NCBI RefSeq assembly: GCF_017792425.1
Contig: NZ_CP051233.1
DNA length: 64,000 nucleotides
Direction: 5' to 3' (one strand)
Source of the DNA: Thalassovita sp.
GTDB taxonomy: Bacteria; Pseudomonadota; Alphaproteobacteria; Rhodobacterales; Rhodobacteraceae
Position numbers and translations under genes: made by a program
Notes under the pieces: model-generated
Databases searched by the model: none
Seen by the model: only the letters and a program-made list of their open reading frames with translations
Told to the model about the DNA's origin: nothing
Part shown: piece by piece, positions 20,052-29,624 of the stretch
Numbering within the stretch: the first letter of the stretch is position 1
Layout: every line of letters begins with the position of its first letter

Positions 20052-20426
20052 ATGTTTCAGAATCTGGATATTTTTCGCATCGCCCAGTCGATGGCCGTGC
20101 ACGCGGGTCGCAGACAGGCCGTGATCGCGCAGAACATCGCGAATGCCGACACTCCCGGCTACAAGCCGCAGGATCTTGCCGCGTTTTCCGACCTGCTGCG
20201 CCAGTCAGAACCGGGCGGCACGATGGGGCGGCGCGATCTGGCCGCCACCGTCAGCGGGATGGAACCGCAGACCGTGCGGGGCGCTGCGGAATCGCCGAAT
20301 GGCAACGGGGTGTCGCTGGAACAGGAAATGGTGAAGTCCGTCGATGCGCGCCGCCAGCACGATCAGGCGCTGGCGATCTACAAATCCGCCCTGACCATCA
20401 TGCGCAGTACCCTTGGGCGCCGGTAA
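20052..20426 (+). CDS. flgB: Basal-body rod protein FlgB
   Basis: NIANADTPGY, PNGNGVSLEQEM. Confidence 0.93.
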   Translation: MFQNLDIFRIAQSMAVHAGRRQAVIAQNIANADTPGYKPQDLAAFSDLLRQSEPGGTMGRRDLAATVSGMEPQTVRGAAESPNGNGVSLEQEMVKSVDARRQHDQALAIYKSALTIMRSTLGRR

Positions 20427-20437
20427 CGGAGGACTGC

Positions 20438-20824
20438 ATGAGCGACTTTTCCAAATCCCTTGGCATTTCGGCCAGCGGCCTGCAGGCCCAGGCCGCACGC
20501 CTGCGCCATGTGTCCGAAAACATCGCCAACGCGGACACGCCAGGCTATCACCGGAAAACCGTGAGGTTCGAACCCGGACCAGACCCGGATGATGGCACAA
20601 TCCGCGCAGGCAAGGTGACGCTGGACCGCACCGAGCTGGAACCGATCTATGATCCGGCGCACCCGCTGGCCGATGAAACCGGCCATTACCAGGGGTCGAA
20701 CGTCGATCTGATCATTGAAATCGCAGACGCCCGCGAGGCCCAACGCAGCTACGAGGCGAACCTCAAGATGTTCGAACAGGCCCGTCAGATGTCGTCTGGC
20801 CTGTTGGATTTGCTGCGCCGTTAA
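20438..20824 (+). CDS. flgC: Basal-body rod protein FlgC
   Basis: SENIANADTPGY, YDPAHPLAD, RSYEAN. Confidence 0.96.
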   Translation: MSDFSKSLGISASGLQAQAARLRHVSENIANADTPGYHRKTVRFEPGPDPDDGTIRAGKVTLDRTELEPIYDPAHPLADETGHYQGSNVDLIIEIADAREAQRSYEANLKMFEQARQMSSGLLDLLRR

Positions 20825-20858
20825 CGTCGGAAAATCCGACACTTACAGGAGAATCAGA

Positions 20859-21149
20859 ATGGAAATCCGTACCCCCTTCGCCGCGCAGAGCTATGCCGCG
20901 GCAAAACCTGCCACCGCCCCGACACCGGGAACCGGTTCGGCAAGCGACCTGATAAAGGACGTCACACGCGACTTCGCCGCCACCCTGCAAGAGGCCGAGA
21001 CCACCGCCAAGGCCGCGATGGCCGGCACTGCCGATCCGCACGCGCTGGTGCAGGCGCTGGCGCAGACGGAACTGGCCGTGGAAACCGCCGTGACCATGCG
21101 CGACAAGGTGGTCGAGGCCTATCAGGAAATCCTGCGGATGCCGGTGTGA
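20859..21149 (+). CDS. fliE: Hook-basal body protein FliE
   Basis: [17 protein letters not shown]-terminus. Confidence 0.95.
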   Translation: MEIRTPFAAQSYAAAKPATAPTPGTGSASDLIKDVTRDFAATLQEAETTAKAAMAGTADPHALVQALAQTELAVETAVTMRDKVVEAYQEILRMPV

Positions 21150-21418
21150 TGCTGGACGAGGCCATCTTCTTTGACACCCTGCGCCAAGGCCTGTGGGTGG
21201 CGGTGATCGCCTCTGCCCCGATCCTGGCGGTGGCGCTGGTCACCGGCCTGCTGATCGGCCTGTTCCAGGCGCTGACCTCGATCCAGGAAATGACGCTGAC
21301 CTTCGTGCCGAAACTGCTGGCCATCGTCGCCGTGTTCTGGGTGTCGATGAGTTTCATGGCTGAAACCCTGGTTTCCTTTTTCCAGGCCAAACTGATCCCG
21401 ATCATCATCGGAGGCTGA
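21149..21418 (+). CDS. fliQ: Export apparatus FliQ
   Basis: [19 protein letters not shown]. Confidence 0.96.
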   Translation: MLDEAIFFDTLRQGLWVAVIASAPILAVALVTGLLIGLFQALTSIQEMTLTFVPKLLAIVAVFWVSMSFMAETLVSFFQAKLIPIIIGG

Positions 21419-21421
21419 GAC

Positions 21422-22135
21422 ATGGACAACGCAATCTATACCACGCTGACCCGCCAATCCGGCCTGTTACGCGAAATGCAGGTGGTGGCGAACAACATCG
21501 CCAACGCGGCGACAACCGGGTTTCGCCAAGAGGGGCTGATCTTCGCCGAACATGTGCAGAAAGCCGGCGAAGGCGACTCCCTGTCGATGGCGGCGGCCAA
21601 CGTGCGGCAGACCTCGATGCAGCAGGGCGCGTTGACCCGGACCGGCGGCGCGCTGGACCTGGCGATCGAGGGCGACGGATTTTTCCTGATCGAAACGCCT
21701 GCGGGCGAACGGCTGACCCGCGCGGGTAGTTTTTCACCCAACGCGGCGGGGGACCTGGTGACCAATGACGGCTTTCGTGTCCTTGACGCGGGGGGCGCGC
21801 CGATCTTTGTACCGCCGGATGCAACGGACCTGTCGGTCGCTGCGGATGGCACCATGTCCACAAACGGCCGCCCAATTGCGCAGATCGGGCTCTATCACCC
21901 GCTGGATCCGGTCGGGATGACGCGCGAGGACGGGGTGATGTTCCGCGCCGACAGCGGGGTGGAACCCGCCGATGGCGGCCGCGTGCTGCAGGGGTTCCTG
22001 GAAGGGTCCAACGTTGATCCGGTTTCCCAGATCGCGCGGATGATAGAGGTCCAACGCGCCTATGAAATGGGCCAGAGCTTTCTGCAGTCCGAGGATGAGC
22101 GCGTCCGCAACGCGATGCGCAGCTTTACCAGTTAA
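21422..22135 (+). CDS. flgF: Basal-body rod protein FlgF
   Basis: ANNIAN, LTRAGSF, LEGSNV; upstream of flgG. Confidence 0.92.
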   Translation: MDNAIYTTLTRQSGLLREMQVVANNIANAATTGFRQEGLIFAEHVQKAGEGDSLSMAAANVRQTSMQQGALTRTGGALDLAIEGDGFFLIETPAGERLTRAGSFSPNAAGDLVTNDGFRVLDAGGAPIFVPPDATDLSVAADGTMSTNGRPIAQIGLYHPLDPVGMTREDGVMFRADSGVEPADGGRVLQGFLEGSNVDPVSQIARMIEVQRAYEMGQSFLQSEDERVRNAMRSFTS

Positions 22136-22156
22136 CCCAAACCAAGGAGGTGCAGA

Positions 22157-22942
22157 ATGCGCGCTCTGAAAATTGCCGCTACGGGCATGTCCGCCCAGCA
22201 AATGCGGGTGGAAACGATTTCCAACAACCTGGCGAATATGTCCACCACGGGCTACAATGCCCGCCGCGCTGAATTTGCCGATCTTCACTATCAGCAACTG
22301 TCCCGCGCGGGGTCCATCAACGCAGCGGACGGCACCGTTTTGCCGACCGGAGTGCAACTGGGTCTGGGCGTCCGCCCCGCTGCCGTATCGGTTCACCTGG
22401 CGCAGGGGTCGCTGTCGGCCACCCAGGGTGATCTGGACGTCGCCATTGACGGCAAGGGCTTTCTGGAGGTCACGCTGCCTTCGGGCCAGGCCGCCTATAC
22501 CCGTGACGGCGGGCTGAAACGATCCGCCGAGGGGCTGATCGTGACATCAGACGGATTCGCGGTGTCGCCGGAGATCACCATCCCCAGCGATGCCTTGTCA
22601 GTCTCTATCAACGCTGATGGCGAGGTTTACGCCTATTTTTCCGAAACGGCAGAGGCGCAGTTGCTGGGGCAGTTTTCGCTGGCCGGTTTCGCCAATCCCA
22701 AGGGGCTGGAGGCCGCCGGCAGCAACCTGTTCACCGAAACCGAGGCATCTGGCCCGGCGCTGGTGTCCACCCCGGGCGCGGACGGGCTGGGCACGCTGCG
22801 GCAAGGGTACCTGGAAGACAGCTCTGTCGACGCTGTGCGCGAGGTGACGGAACTGATCGAGGCCCAACGCGGCTATGAACTGAATGCCAAGGTCATCTCT
22901 GCCGCCGACCAGATGCTTGGCGCAACGACGCAGGTGCGTTGA
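22157..22942 (+). CDS. flgG: Distal rod protein FlgG
   Basis: ISNNLANMSTTG, YTRDG, QRGYELNAKVI. Confidence 0.96.
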   Translation: MRALKIAATGMSAQQMRVETISNNLANMSTTGYNARRAEFADLHYQQLSRAGSINAADGTVLPTGVQLGLGVRPAAVSVHLAQGSLSATQGDLDVAIDGKGFLEVTLPSGQAAYTRDGGLKRSAEGLIVTSDGFAVSPEITIPSDALSVSINADGEVYAYFSETAEAQLLGQFSLAGFANPKGLEAAGSNLFTETEASGPALVSTPGADGLGTLRQGYLEDSSVDAVREVTELIEAQRGYELNAKVISAADQMLGATTQVR

Positions 22943-23352
22943 TGCGAATCGCCCTGATTTGGCTGCTGCTGGCCACACCGGTTCAGGCCGAGGTCGTGCT
23001 GGCCGCGCGCACCCTGCGGCCGCAGACCATCGTCGCCCCCCACGATCTGGTGGTGAAGCCCGGCGAGGTGCCCGGCGCCTTTGCGGACCCTGCGCCGCTG
23101 ATCGGGCTGGAAACCCGTGTCGCGATCTATGCCGGTCGGCCCATTCACCCCGGTGACGTGGGGCCGCCCTCGGTGGTTGACCGCAACCAGATCGTGCCCA
23201 TGACCTTTGCCACCGGCGGGTTGTCGATCCAGGCCGAGGGCCGCGCCCTGTCTCGTGGTGGCGTGGGCGACCGCGTCCGCATCATGAACCTGCAGTCCCG
23301 CACAACCGTCTGGGGGCTGGTCCAGCCAAACGGCAGCATCATCGTGCAATGA
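22942..23352 (+). CDS. flgA: P-ring chaperone FlgA
   Basis: Signal peptide, SAF-like region, GRALSRGGVGDRVRIMNLQS. Confidence 0.9.
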   Translation: MRIALIWLLLATPVQAEVVLAARTLRPQTIVAPHDLVVKPGEVPGAFADPAPLIGLETRVAIYAGRPIHPGDVGPPSVVDRNQIVPMTFATGGLSIQAEGRALSRGGVGDRVRIMNLQSRTTVWGLVQPNGSIIVQ

Positions 23353-23359
23353 GGATCAC

Positions 23360-24088
23360 ATGAACCTGAAACATCTTCTGATCGTGGCCAGTTGCGGCGT
23401 CAGCGCCTGCGGCGGCCAGGGCCCCATCGGCGAAGCGCCGGATTTCACCCCGGTGCAGGGCGGCAGTGAACAGATGGCCATGCAGTCGCCGGGGCTTCCG
23501 GCCACCGCCGAACGGCGGCGCCGGGTGGACCGGTCATCGCTGTGGACGGCGGGGCAGGCGTCGCTGCTGGGCGACCGGCGCGCGGTAAAGCGCGGGGACA
23601 TCCTGACCGTGGTCATCGAGATTGACGACAAGGCGGAGATGTCGAACTCCAGTGCGCGCGCCCGCAGTGGATCGGAATCCATGTCGCTGCCGCATCTGTT
23701 CGGCCTCCCGCAGCGGTTGAACCGAAAACTGCCTGACGGCGCCAGCATGGAAGAGGCGGTGTCGCTGGGGTCGTCCAGCGAATCCAGCGGCGATGGAACC
23801 GTACGCCGGAACGAAAAACTGACCCTGCGGATCGCCGCCACCGTCACCGGCGTCCTGCCGAACGGGGTTCTGGCCGTCGAGGGCCTGCAAGAGGTGCGCG
23901 TCAATTTTGAACTGCGCGAATTGCTGGTTTCTGGTTTCGTCCGCCCCGAGGATATCTCTCGGCAGAATGAAATCACCTATGACAAGATCGCCTCGGCCCG
24001 GATTTCATATGGCGGGCGCGGGCAGATTTCCGAGGTCCAGCAGCCGCGCTATGGCCAGCAGATCCTTGGCCGCATCCTGCCGTTCTGA
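23360..24088 (+). CDS. flgH: L-ring lipoprotein FlgH
   Basis: Lipobox VSAC, GDILTV, GFVRPEDI, ARISYGGRG. Confidence 0.96.
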   Translation: MNLKHLLIVASCGVSACGGQGPIGEAPDFTPVQGGSEQMAMQSPGLPATAERRRRVDRSSLWTAGQASLLGDRRAVKRGDILTVVIEIDDKAEMSNSSARARSGSESMSLPHLFGLPQRLNRKLPDGASMEEAVSLGSSSESSGDGTVRRNEKLTLRIAATVTGVLPNGVLAVEGLQEVRVNFELRELLVSGFVRPEDISRQNEITYDKIASARISYGGRGQISEVQQPRYGQQILGRILPF

Positions 24089-24099
24089 AAGGCCGCGCG

Positions 24100-24594
24100 A
24101 TGAAGAAACTAATACCCCTTGTCCTGCCCGTCATCGGCTTGGCCGCCGGGATCGGCGCGGGCATCTATCTGCCCGGCCACACCCAGCCCCCGCTGTCATC
24201 GGAACAGGCCACCGATACGGATCATGCACAACCGGCCCCGCGCGAAACGGCCGCCGCGCACGACCCGGCCACGCTGGAATACGTGAAGCTGAACAACCAG
24301 TTCATCGTCCCGGTCATCACCCGCGACGCGGTGTCTGCCATCATCGTGCTGTCGCTGAGCTTGGAGGCGCGCGAGGGCAGCCGCGAAAACATCTACGCCA
24401 AGGAACCGAAATTGCGCGACAGCTTTCTTCAGGTGCTGTTCGATCACGCCAATATGGGCGGGTTCGATGGCGCGTTTACCGACGCCACCCGGATGGAAAC
24501 GCTGCGCAAGGCGCTGCTGGCCGTTGCGCGCAAGGCCGCCGGGGACATGGTGACCGACATCCTGATCACCGATCTGGGGCGTCAGGACGTCTAG
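24100..24594 (+). CDS. FliL-family protein (second paralog)
   Basis: N-terminal TM, YVKLNNQFIVPV, EPKLRDSFL. Confidence 0.75.
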   Translation: MKKLIPLVLPVIGLAAGIGAGIYLPGHTQPPLSSEQATDTDHAQPAPRETAAAHDPATLEYVKLNNQFIVPVITRDAVSAIIVLSLSLEAREGSRENIYAKEPKLRDSFLQVLFDHANMGGFDGAFTDATRMETLRKALLAVARKAAGDMVTDILITDLGRQDV

Positions 24595-24944
24595 ACCCCG
24601 CGCTTGCGGCCGACCAGACCGGCCGCGGCCTCTTTGCGCCCGAACGCGATCCGCAGATCGCGCATCTGGCGTGCGCGCTGGGCGCTGACCTGCGCCAGTT
24701 CCTGGTTCAGCACTCGCGCCTGCGTCCCCAGCCACGCCTGCCACAGCACGTCCACCTGCGACATCCGCAACTGCACGTCCTCCGTCAGGTATTGCTGGCC
24801 TGCCGCCGCATCCGTGCGCAGCACCTGCAGCGCGGATTTCAGCTCTGTCTGCCGCGCCGCCAGTTTCTGCGTCTCTGCCGATGTCGCAGCGAAAACCATG
24901 TCGGTCAGGGCGGCCAGTTCCTTCATCTGGTCCTGTTTTTTCAC
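24591..24944 (-). CDS. Hypothetical coiled-coil protein after flhB (possible FliJ equivalent)
   Basis: GTGA overlap with flhB stop; all-helical Q/R/L/A-rich composition. Confidence 0.7.
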   Translation of the reverse strand: MKKQDQMKELAALTDMVFAATSAETQKLAARQTELKSALQVLRTDAAAGQQYLTEDVQLRMSQVDVLWQAWLGTQARVLNQELAQVSAQRARQMRDLRIAFGRKEAAAGLVGRKRGV

Positions 24945-26023
24945 CGCATCCTCCGGGCTTTCTTGCGCATGTCCTCGGCAAATCGGATCGCAACGGCGAC
25001 CGCGCGGAAATGCTCTTCCTGAATCTGGTCCCCGACGTTCAGCCCAGCGTGCAGGGCGCGGGCGGTGGGCGGGTCGGCATGGATCGGCACCCCGTGCTCC
25101 CGCGCGATTTCGCGGATCTGCAGCGCGGCCTCGTCCACCCCCTTGGCCACGCAGACCGGGGCTTCACCGCGCTTCCGACTCCATTTCAGGGCGACCGAGA
25201 AGTGGGTCGGGTTCACGACCACCACGTCGGCCTTGCTGACCTGGGCCACCATCTGGTGCGTGGCCACCTGGCGCGCCCGCGCGCGGCGCTCCTGTTTCAG
25301 GTGGGGGTCGCCTTCGGCCTCTTTGTGTTCGTCGCGCAATTCCTTGTGGGACATCCGATGCTTGGCCAGGTGGCGATGCCGCTGCCACAGGTAATCGACC
25401 GCCCCCAGCGCCGCCATCACCGCCACGCAGATCAGCAGGAATTGCAACGCGGCCCCGGCCAACATAGGCATGAACACCGCAGGTTCCATCTGTACGCTTT
25501 CCGACACCATCGCGAACTTGCCCGCCATGAACAGGCCCAGGCAGGTGGCGAAGATGATCAGCTTGGCGGTGCTCTTGATGAATTCGAACAGGCCGGACGG
25601 CCCGAACTTGTTCTTGGCATTGGCGATCAGCGACAGGCGGGAAAGGCGCGGCGTCAGCTTTGTCGGCGCAAAGACGAACGCACGCTGCGCCGCGACCGCC
25701 GCAATCGCCGCCGCGACCGGAAAGGCGAACCAGATCCCGATGCTGCCAAGGACGGACCGCATCAGATGAGCGGTCAACACGTCGGCGCCACCGCCCCGAA
25801 ACTCTGCCGCCAGCGCATCGGACTGCGCCAGCAGGGTCATCATCACGTCCCCGAATCTGCCAATGCCTTGCTGGCCGGTCGCAACCAGGGCCAGCAGCAG
25901 ACCGGCAAAGGCCGCCGCGGTGGTGATGTCCGCCGACCGGACGATTTCACCTTTCTTGCGCGCCTCGTCCAGCTTGCGTTGGCTGGGTTCGTGCGATTTC
26001 TCTGACTCGTCCTTACTGCTCAT
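24941..26023 (-). CDS. flhB: Export switch protein FlhB
   Basis: EAEGDPH, NPTH autocleavage motif, VAKG. Confidence 0.96.
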   Translation of the reverse strand: MSSKDESEKSHEPSQRKLDEARKKGEIVRSADITTAAAFAGLLLALVATGQQGIGRFGDVMMTLLAQSDALAAEFRGGGADVLTAHLMRSVLGSIGIWFAFPVAAAIAAVAAQRAFVFAPTKLTPRLSRLSLIANAKNKFGPSGLFEFIKSTAKLIIFATCLGLFMAGKFAMVSESVQMEPAVFMPMLAGAALQFLLICVAVMAALGAVDYLWQRHRHLAKHRMSHKELRDEHKEAEGDPHLKQERRARARQVATHQMVAQVSKADVVVVNPTHFSVALKWSRKRGEAPVCVAKGVDEAALQIREIAREHGVPIHADPPTARALHAGLNVGDQIQEEHFRAVAVAIRFAEDMRKKARRMR

Positions 26024-26790
26024 CCGGGGCCTCCGGCCGGGTCCAGCAGGAACGCGTCCAGCGCCTGCATCCAGACCATCAGGATCGTGGGCATCAGCAG
26101 CGCCAGCAGGATCAGACCGCCCGCCGTGATCACCGGCGCACCGACGAAGGACACCATCAACTGGGGCATCGCGCGGTTGATCACACCAAGCGTCAGATTG
26201 TACATCAGAGCCACGATCACGAAGGGTGCGGCCAGCCGGAACGCCAGTGAAAACATCTGTGCCACCTGCGCGGTTCCCCATTCCGACACCAGCGCCGGGG
26301 ATGGCAGGCGGCCGGGCGGCACCAGGTCATAGGTCTGGGCAAGGAACACCAGAACCTTGACGTGGAACCCTGTCGTCATCGCGAAGGCCAATCCGGCGAT
26401 GACCATCAGATGACCGATCGCGGGCATCGGTTCGGCGGAATTGCCCAGAATCTGCGACAAGGACGTGGACTGGGCCGCCATCGTTCCTGCCGTCTGCAGC
26501 ACCATCACGAACATCCGCAGCACCACGCCGAACAGCAGGCCCGCCAGGGTTTCGGTGACCAGAAACCGCGCCAGCGCCGGAAGGTGCCATGGCGCGCCCG
26601 GCACCGGGTCCACCCACACCGACAGGGCCAGCGTCAGGCCGATGGCCAACGCCAGCTTTATGCGCGCGGGCACTGACTGTTCACCGAAACCGGGCAGCAG
26701 GGTCAGCGCTGCGCCCACCCGCAGGAAAATCACGAATGCTTGCCACAGCCAGTCCTGCGCCAAGGAAAGAAGCGCCGCGCCGTCGGTCAT
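26020..26790 (-). CDS. fliR: Export apparatus FliR
   Basis: FLRVGA, LGVINRAMPQL; multiple TM helices. Confidence 0.95.
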   Translation of the reverse strand: MTDGAALLSLAQDWLWQAFVIFLRVGAALTLLPGFGEQSVPARIKLALAIGLTLALSVWVDPVPGAPWHLPALARFLVTETLAGLLFGVVLRMFVMVLQTAGTMAAQSTSLSQILGNSAEPMPAIGHLMVIAGLAFAMTTGFHVKVLVFLAQTYDLVPPGRLPSPALVSEWGTAQVAQMFSLAFRLAAPFVIVALMYNLTLGVINRAMPQLMVSFVGAPVITAGGLILLALLMPTILMVWMQALDAFLLDPAGGPG

Positions 26791-28871
26791 TCGCCGATCA
26801 GGCCCACCATCGCCGGGCGCGCCTCCAGCCCGATTTCCTCGAACGACAGGACCGGGACGGCGATGCCCTTGGCCTTGGCCAGTGTTTTCAGGAACCGCCG
26901 CCGCTGGGTCGAGGTTACCAGCGCCGGGAACACGCCCCTTTCCGCGGTTTCGGCTACCTTCTGTGACAGCTTGCTGGCCAGCTTGTTGAACAGCTCTGGC
27001 GGCAGGGCAATGTTGTTGCCGCCGAAATCGCCGTCCAACTGGTAGGTGTTGAACGTTTCTTCCCAGTCGGGCGCCAGTTGCAGCAGCGGGATCGTTCCAT
27101 CCTCTCTTTTCAGCCCGGCGACCAGTTGGAACCCCAGCCGCTGGCGGACATGTTCGCAGATTACCTCGGCGTTCGGACTGATGGCTCGGCCTTCGGCTGC
27201 CGCCTCCAGGATCAGCGGCAGGTTGCGGATGGACACCTGCTCTTCCAACAGCAGTTTCAGAACCGCATGCAGGGTTTCCATCTGAACGCGTTCCGGCACC
27301 AGTTCGTCCAGCAGCTTGCGGTTGGCCTCGGCGCGGGATTTGTCGGACAGGTTAACCATCTCGTCCAACAAGCGCCGCATCGCCTTGTAGGTCAGCAGCT
27401 TGCCAAAGTTCCGCTTCACCACTTCCAGCAGATGTGTGGCCAGGATTTCCGAGGGATGGACGATGGTCGCGCCGGTCAGGGCGGCGGCCTCCTGATCCTG
27501 CGGCGCCAGCCAGCGCGCGGGCGCCTGATAGACGGGTTCGGCTATGTCCTCTCCGGCGGGCAGGGGATCGGCGCCGTCGGTTACCAGCGCCAGAACATGG
27601 TCCGGTTTCAGCCTGGCGCGCGCGATTTCCACGCCCAGCAGACGGATGACATAGGTGCCTGCTGGCAGGCCGGGTTCGTCCGTCAGCCGGATTTCGGGCA
27701 GGATCAGCCCGTAGACACTGGCCACATGGGTGCGCATATTGGCGATACGCACGTCCAGCCCGGTGCCGGGGTCCAGCACCATGTTGACCAGGTTCGGGGC
27801 GAATTCCAGGTGAATGTCATCCAGCGCCAGCACATCCCCGATCGGTTTCTCGGCCACTTGCCGGATGCCGGACTCTTCCGCGTCAGGGCGCGGTGCGGAT
27901 TTGCGGCTGCGGTGCAGGGCCAGCGCCGCCGTGCCCAACGCCAGCCCACCAATGGTAAACGGCACGAAGGGCAGCCCCGGCACCAGCGCGAACAGGAACA
28001 TCAACACCGCGACCGTCGCCAGCGCTGGCGGGTAATTGCCCAGCTGTTTCAGCAGCGTAAGGTCGGTCGCGCCCTTGGCCCCGCCGCGCGCCAGCAGCAA
28101 CGCTGTCGCGATAGAGATGATCACCGCCGGGATCTGTGTCACCAGCCCGTCGCCCACCGTCAGGATTGCGTAGGTTTCAAACGCCGCGGACATCGGCATC
28201 CCATGCACGGCGATCCCCATGATCAGCCCCATCACCAGGTTCAGCAGCGTGATCAGCAGACCGGCAATCGCGTCGCCCTTCACGAATTTCGAGGCCCCGT
28301 CCAGCGACCCGTAGAACGTGGTTTCCATCTGCTCGGTCTCGCGGCGCTGGCGGGCTTCGGCATGGCTGATTGCACCCGCCGACATGTCGCTGTCGATCGC
28401 CAGCTGCTTGCCCGGCATCCCGTCCAGCGCGAAACGTGCGCCGACCTCGGCCATCCGCGCCGCGCCCTTGGTGATCACCATGAAATTGACGATCAGCAGC
28501 ACCCCGAATACGACCAGCCCCAGGAAAACGCTGCCGCCCATGACGAAACTGGCGAACCCGTCGATCACGTCGCCAGCCGCGCGGGTGCCGGTGTGGCCTT
28601 GGCCGATGATCAGCTTGGTGGACGAGATGTTCAGCGACAGCCGCAGCATCAGCGACGCCAGCAGCATCGTCGGGAAAGACGAAAAATCCAGCGGTCGCTC
28701 AATGAACAGGGTCACCGTGAAAATCAGGATCGCCAGCGCGAAAGAGGCAGCCAGCCCCACGTCCAGCACGAAGGCCGGCACCGGCAGGATCATCATCACG
28801 ATCACCGTCATCAGCGCCAGCGCCAGCAGGACGGTCGGCTGGTACGCGCGCTTCAGCAGGTCGGGCATCAT
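26787..28871 (-). CDS. flhA: Export gate FlhA
   Basis: RMAEVGARFALDGMPGKQLAID, FYGSLDGASKFVKGDAIAG. Confidence 0.97.
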   Translation of the reverse strand: MMPDLLKRAYQPTVLLALALMTVIVMMILPVPAFVLDVGLAASFALAILIFTVTLFIERPLDFSSFPTMLLASLMLRLSLNISSTKLIIGQGHTGTRAAGDVIDGFASFVMGGSVFLGLVVFGVLLIVNFMVITKGAARMAEVGARFALDGMPGKQLAIDSDMSAGAISHAEARQRRETEQMETTFYGSLDGASKFVKGDAIAGLLITLLNLVMGLIMGIAVHGMPMSAAFETYAILTVGDGLVTQIPAVIISIATALLLARGGAKGATDLTLLKQLGNYPPALATVAVLMFLFALVPGLPFVPFTIGGLALGTAALALHRSRKSAPRPDAEESGIRQVAEKPIGDVLALDDIHLEFAPNLVNMVLDPGTGLDVRIANMRTHVASVYGLILPEIRLTDEPGLPAGTYVIRLLGVEIARARLKPDHVLALVTDGADPLPAGEDIAEPVYQAPARWLAPQDQEAAALTGATIVHPSEILATHLLEVVKRNFGKLLTYKAMRRLLDEMVNLSDKSRAEANRKLLDELVPERVQMETLHAVLKLLLEEQVSIRNLPLILEAAAEGRAISPNAEVICEHVRQRLGFQLVAGLKREDGTIPLLQLAPDWEETFNTYQLDGDFGGNNIALPPELFNKLASKLSQKVAETAERGVFPALVTSTQRRRFLKTLAKAKGIAVPVLSFEEIGLEARPAMVGLIGE

Positions 28872-29527
28872 CCGTTTTCCCCCATGACGATCAATGGTTT
28901 GACGGGGTGGCCCGACAGTGGGACCAATGATCCCGGATACCCCGCGCCGGTTTGCGTCCTCAGCAGCGGAAACGGGTTGGCCAGTGGCGCGGTCGGGCTG
29001 TCGGGCGCCGTCGCCAATGCGGCGTGGACGGTCTGGAACCGCTTTCTGTAGCGGTCGGCGTATTCGGGGGTTCTCGAATGGTAGGCTCCTGCGGCGCTGA
29101 TCCAGGTTTCGCCGTCGGTTTTCAGGCTGTACAGGAATTTGGCCGCATAGGCGGCGTTGATCTGCGGGTCAAACATCTGGTCGATCGAGCCGAACGACGC
29201 GCCGTGCCATTTATAGTTGATCTGGAAACACCCGACATCGAAACTGCGCGCACCCGTCTTGAACCGTTCATAGACAAAGGCCTTGGCCTCCTCCGCCGTG
29301 TCAAACCAATACCCCTGCCCTTCCATGTTCACGGTCCAGGGCCAGGGCTGGAGGGATTGCTGCCGGCGGCGTCCGGTTTCTGTCCTGGTCAGCGCCTTCA
29401 TCACGTCCACAGGCACCCCGGTTCGGGCCGCAGCTGTTTCCGCCGCCTGGTCGCACAGGTTGCCCGCGCCTGCCCGCGCGGCGGGGGCGGCGAACAGGCA
29501 AAGGATGACAAGTAGAACAATCCGCAT
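28868..29527 (-). CDS. Flagellar lytic transglycosylase (SLT domain)
   Basis: Signal peptide, RTET, WPWT, DVGCFQINYKWH, AGAYHS. Confidence 0.9.
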   Translation of the reverse strand: MRIVLLVILCLFAAPAARAGAGNLCDQAAETAAARTGVPVDVMKALTRTETGRRRQQSLQPWPWTVNMEGQGYWFDTAEEAKAFVYERFKTGARSFDVGCFQINYKWHGASFGSIDQMFDPQINAAYAAKFLYSLKTDGETWISAAGAYHSRTPEYADRYRKRFQTVHAALATAPDSPTAPLANPFPLLRTQTGAGYPGSLVPLSGHPVKPLIVMGENG

Positions 29528-29596
29528 TTCTTGCGCCCACCTTTCTGGGTGTGTCACCCACCGCGCGTGGGCCTGGCCGATTTCATCAGCCGAGTG

Positions 29597-29611
29597 TTGA
29601 GATTCGGTTAG
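29597..29611 (-). promoter_or_regulatory. CtrA-like box upstream of the SLT-flhA operon
   Basis: Minus strand CTAA-N7-TCAAC with a GANTC in the spacer (29601-29605). Confidence 0.5.
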
Positions 29612-29624
29612 CCGCGCACGGAAA

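Noticed and set aside
27078..29051. Long antisense ORFs (also 50155-51384, 51648-53696, 60275-62200, 43918-45078)
   Set aside because: Shadows of well-supported genes on the other strand; common in GC-rich DNA; no recognisable motifs.
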